In this document: one piece after another, positions 60,218-64,000 of the stretch
Layout of the letters: every line of letters begins with the position of its first letter
Position numbering within the stretch: position 1 is the stretch's first letter
Assembly: GCA_963796685.1 (NCBI GenBank)
Contig: CAWCMR010000025.1
Location: forward strand, 2,048,001-2,112,000
DNA length: 64,000 nt
Origin: an uncultured delta proteobacterium
GTDB taxonomy: Bacteria > Myxococcota_A > Polyangia > Fen-1088
Direction of reading: 5' to 3'
The notes under the pieces: generated by a model
What the model was told of the DNA's origin: nothing
Seen by the model: the letters and a program-made list of their open reading frames with translations, nothing else
The model's database searches: none
Program-made: the position numbers and the translations under genes

Positions 60218-62473
60218 ATGGCCAACGCACCCATCCCCATTCAATTCCAGATTTACAAAGGGGATCAGCTGGTTCGAGAAGAGATCCTGAACGAGCCGGT
60301 GATCAAGATAGGCAAGCTGGCCTCCTCGCACCTTCGGCTCGAAGACGAGACGGTTTCGCGCATGCACGCAGTCGTCGAGGTCACCGGGCCGGGCGAGATC
60401 CAACTCATTGACCTCGGCTCGACGCGCGGCACGACGGTCAACGGCGAGCGAATCAACAAGGCGATCCTGAAATCCGGCGATCAGGTCCAGTTTGGCGACA
60501 CCCGCGTAGTCGTCAACTTCGGCGCCGCCGCGGCGGATGCTGACGCAACTCCCCCGCCAGCGGTCGTTCCGGCGCAGGCTGCGCACCAAGCACAGGCATT
60601 TCCTTCGACGATACAGTTCGCACCGCAGCCGGCTGCGCCTGTACCCCAGTTTGCCCCTCCTGCGCAACCCGCGGCTCCGCAGCAATACGCGCCCCCGCAG
60701 CAGCAGTACGCGCCTCCGCAGCAGCAGTACGCGCCTCCGCAGACCCAGGCTCCCCAGGCTGGCCCAGTGGCGCCGACCTTCGGCGCGCCGGCTGGGCACG
60801 TCGCGGCCGAGGTGGAGCTGCTCGACGGCAGCAAGGCCATGGAGGTTCAATCCGTGTATCGCGGAGTGGTGATCAACACCCGCCACCTGACGGATCCATC
60901 CGGAAAGAGCACGGCGGGCCAGTCCAAGGCCTTCGTGGCTGCTGGTGCGGCGGTCGTGCTCATCGCTCTGATTACCTTCTTCATCACCATCGTCAACGCC
61001 GGACGCGAGAAGGAAAGGTACGAGAGGTACCTTGCCGACGGCGGAGACGCCAAGAACTTCCAGTGGGCGCGCCAGTCCCCGGTGCTCGATGTCACCGTCT
61101 TCGGCGGCCTGGCCCTCGGCATCTCGCTGGTCTACATGGGCCTCAAGCGACGGACGAAGTCGACTCCGAACTACATCATCGGCTCCGATGTTCAGGCCGA
61201 TACGCCGGTCGCCCCGGAGTTCATCGGAAGCAGCTCGTTCTCCTTGGTTTCGCCCTCGGGCGCGGACTATATGGTCAACGTCACGCCCAACATGTCGGGC
61301 GAGGTCTACCTCGACGGCCAAACCGTTCCCTTGCAGCAGTTCGTCCAGCAGCGTGGGCTCAGCTTCTCGCTTGGGGATCGCGGACGGGCCAAGATCGACT
61401 GCGGTGCGACCACCTTCCTGGTCAGCGCCACGCCCAAACCCCGAGCTTTGCCGGTGCCCTTCCTCATTTGGCGCTGGAGCGAGCAGGCTTACACCGTCGG
61501 AACGGCTGCGGCTCTTCTGCTCTTCCTGCTCATGATCTTCTCGGTTCCGCCGGATCCGAAGTCACTGTCTCTCGACCTCTTCAATGCGGATAGCCGCTTC
61601 GTCAACTTCCTCATCAAGCCCCCGGAGGAAAAGGAAGAAGAGATCCCCGAGTGGCTCAAGAAGAAGGGGCCCGACGAGCAGGGTGGCAAGGGCAAGCGCC
61701 ACAAGGGCGAAGAGGGCAAGATGGGCAAGAAGACCTCCAAGAACAAGGAGGGTCTGTACGGCCTCAAGGGTCCGAAGGACAACCCGGATCCGCACCTGGC
61801 GAAGAAGCTCGCCGAAGAGAACGCGAAGAACGCCGGTATCTTGGGCGTGCTCAAGATGAACGAGGGTTCACACCTGGCTTCGATCTTCGGTCGTGACACG
61901 GCGGCGGGCTCCGATGCGGTCAACGTGCTCGGCGGCCTCATCGGCAACGAGATCGGCGAGGCTTACGGCGTTGGCGGTCTTGGTCTGGTCGGAACTGGCA
62001 CCGGTGGCGGTGGTACGGGTGAAGGCACCATCGGCCTCGGCAACTTCGGCACCATCGGCAAGGGCGGCGGCGGCGGCAATGGCTCGGGTTACGGTCGCGG
62101 TGCCGGTGGTCTCGGCGGGCGTCGGGCCAGGGCTCCAGACGTCATCCCCGGTCAAGCCAACGTGCGCGGCTCCCTCGACAAGGAGATCATCCGCCGCATC
62201 ATTCGCCGCCACATCAACGAAGTGAAATACTGCTACGAATCGGAATTGACCAAGAAGGCGGATCTCTCGGGCCGTATCTCGGTTCAGTTCACCATCGCGG
62301 CCACGGGGCAAGTCATTGCCTCCGTGCTGCAAAGCTCGACCATGGGCAACCTCCGCGTTGAAAACTGCGTGGTGCAGTCCGTTCGACGCTGGGAGTTCCC
62401 GAAGCCGATGGGCGGCGGTATCGTCATCGTCTCGTATCCGTTCAACTTCACTGCCGGTGGGGCGGGCGAATAG
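60218..62473 (+). CDS. gltG: GltG/PglI-like FHA-TM-TonB C-terminal protein
   Basis: FHA (IKIGK, VSRMHA, DLGSTRGT.VNG), Gly-rich periplasmic linker, TonB_C/AgmX-type end (IRRHINEVKYCYE...WEFPKP.GG..V.VSYPF). Confidence 0.85.
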   Translation: MANAPIPIQFQIYKGDQLVREEILNEPVIKIGKLASSHLRLEDETVSRMHAVVEVTGPGEIQLIDLGSTRGTTVNGERINKAILKSGDQVQFGDTRVVVNFGAAAADADATPPPAVVPAQAAHQAQAFPSTIQFAPQPAAPVPQFAPPAQPAAPQQYAPPQQQYAPPQQQYAPPQTQAPQAGPVAPTFGAPAGHVAAEVELLDGSKAMEVQSVYRGVVINTRHLTDPSGKSTAGQSKAFVAAGAAVVLIALITFFITIVNAGREKERYERYLADGGDAKNFQWARQSPVLDVTVFGGLALGISLVYMGLKRRTKSTPNYIIGSDVQADTPVAPEFIGSSSFSLVSPSGADYMVNVTPNMSGEVYLDGQTVPLQQFVQQRGLSFSLGDRGRAKIDCGATTFLVSATPKPRALPVPFLIWRWSEQAYTVGTAAALLLFLLMIFSVPPDPKSLSLDLFNADSRFVNFLIKPPEEKEEEIPEWLKKKGPDEQGGKGKRHKGEEGKMGKKTSKNKEGLYGLKGPKDNPDPHLAKKLAEENAKNAGILGVLKMNEGSHLASIFGRDTAAGSDAVNVLGGLIGNEIGEAYGVGGLGLVGTGTGGGGTGEGTIGLGNFGTIGKGGGGGNGSGYGRGAGGLGGRRARAPDVIPGQANVRGSLDKEIIRRIIRRHINEVKYCYESELTKKADLSGRISVQFTIAATGQVIASVLQSSTMGNLRVENCVVQSVRRWEFPKPMGGGIVIVSYPFNFTAGGAGE

Positions 62474-62524
62474 GGCCTTCGGGTCCGCACGATCTGGAAG
62501 GCCAGAGGAACAAGGGAGGTCATC

Positions 62525-63413
62525 ATGAGACGCTATTTCAATGTCGTCGTCGCTCTGGCCGTGCTTCTGCCGGCATGCGACGCGTTCGTGTGCAGCCAGA
62601 GCCGAATCAAGGCCATCGAGATTGCCAACAAGGGCGTCGAGCACTTCACGAATCGCGCCTACGAGGCCGCGGAGCGGGACCTGCGGCTGGCCATCCAGAC
62701 CGATCCGACTTACGAGAAGGCGTATTACAACCTGGGCAAGGTTTACCAGGCCCAGCGTAAGTGGGACAAGGCGGCCGATGCCTTCGAATCGGCGGTACAG
62801 CGCAGCCCGGACAACGCCAACTTCCACTACGATCTTGGCGAGGCCTACCTGGAAGCCAAGATGCTCGACAAGGCCGAGGGCGCGCTCAAGAAAGCCACCG
62901 AGCTCGAATCCGAAGCTCTTCAAGGCATTTTGGCGACTGGGCTTGGTGTACATGTACGAGGAGAAGCCCAAAGAGGCGGACGCGGCGTTGCGCCAGGCCA
63001 TCGAGCTCAATCCGCGCATGGACAAGCCCTTCGTCGCACTCGGGCAGCTCTACTTGAACTGGGACGCGGACAAGGAGGCGGTTCAGGTTTTCGGCGAGTG
63101 CGTGCGTGCCAATGAGAACAGCGCTGAATGTTACAACTTCTATGGCGTTGCCCTGAAGCAGGTCAAGCAATATGACCAAGCCGTGCGGGCCTTCAAGGAG
63201 GCTATCGACCTCGATCCCAATATGTTCGAAGCGATCTACAACTGCGGCATGACCTATGCCGAGTGGTACGAGGAGTCCCACTCGAACGAGCACAAGACGC
63301 TCGCCCATGACTACTTGCAGAAATACGTGGCCACGGGTGGTGGCAAGGATGGCGCAGAAGCCGGCTTCATCCGCGCGGCAAACGACAAGCTGTATGCTCT
63401 GAGCGGACCATAG
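62525..63413 (+). CDS. TPR lipoprotein (frameshift near 62907)
   Basis: Lipobox LPAC; TPRs continue from ORF 62525..63115 into 62541..63413. Confidence 0.8.
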
Positions 63414-63415
63414 TA

Positions 63416-64000
63416 ATGGGAACCCTGGGAGGGTTCCCAAACCCTCCCGCGCTCTGGCTTCGCCGGGCAAAGCCCGGCTACGCCAACGCGAGTTGATGGG
63501 AACCCTGGGAGGGTTCCCAAACCCTCCCGCGCTCTGGCTTCGCCGGGCAAAGCCCGGCTACGCCAACGCGAGTTGATGGGAACCCTGGGAGGGTTCCCAA
63601 ACCCTCCCGCGCTCTGGCTTCGCCGGGCAAAGCCCGGCTACGCCAACGCGAGTTGATGGGAACCCTGGGAGGGTTCCCAAACCCTCCCGCGCTCTGGCTT
63701 CGCCGGGCAAAGCCCGGCTACGCCAACGCGAGTTGATGGGAACCCTGGGAGGGTTCCCAAACCCTCCCGCGCTCTGGCTTCGCCGGGCAAAGCCCGGCTA
63801 CGCCAACGCGAGTTGATGGGAACCCTGGGAGGGTTCCCAAACCCTCCCGCGCTCTGGCTTCGCCGGGCAAAGCCCGGCTACGCCAACGCGAGTTGATGGG
63901 AACCCTGGGAGGGTTCCCAAACCCTCCCGCGCTCTGGCTTCGCCGGGCAAAGCCCGGCTACGCCAACGCGAGTTGATGGGAACCCTGGGAGGGTTCCCAA
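63416..64000. repeat. Perfect 80-bp tandem array (at least 7.3 units, runs off window)
   Basis: Unit AACCCTGGGAGGGTTCCCAAACCCTCCCGCGCTCTGGCTTCGCCGGGCAAAGCCCGGCTACGCCAACGCGAGTTGATGGG starts at 63421, 63501, 63581 ... 63981; no spacers. Confidence 0.95.

Noticed and set aside
6947-62910. Programmed ribosomal frameshifting at the split genes
   Set aside because: No slippery heptamers; the shared motif is palindromic and the same lesion occurs on either coding strand, pointing to a DNA-level artefact.
63416-64000. CRISPR array
   Set aside because: Units are identical over all 80 bp with no unique spacers, and no cas genes are in the window.

Overview
High-GC bacterial chromosomal segment, most likely from a Myxococcota (Polyangia-like) genome, judged from the gliding-motility cluster (cglC/gltK divergent from gltC-D-E-F-G) and the gene repertoire. 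Housekeeping genes include gltX, prmC, hemL, gyrA, coaX, nadA, rpsP-khpA-rimM-trmD-rplS and yraN. The left end holds a signalling cluster: Ser/Thr kinase-HDOD, a SiaB/C/D-like module, a two-component pair and a second STAS-like protein, next to a GH6 cellulase lipoprotein. A ~13 kb variable region (24.4-37.5 kb) carries several toxin-antitoxin/Abi modules, a 1880-aa Ig-repeat lipoprotein, two decayed Y1/RAYT-like transposase starts and short repeats at module junctions. Other repeats are GTAG-type REPs, inverted hexamer-microsatellite elements (one enclosing a four-helix-bundle gene remnant) and a perfect 80-bp tandem array at the right edge. About ten genes are frameshifted; six of the shifts are single-base insertions touching AGCT/GAGCTC, which suggests methylation-induced long-read errors rather than real pseudogenes. 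All family calls come from motif recognition by eye; no database search was run.
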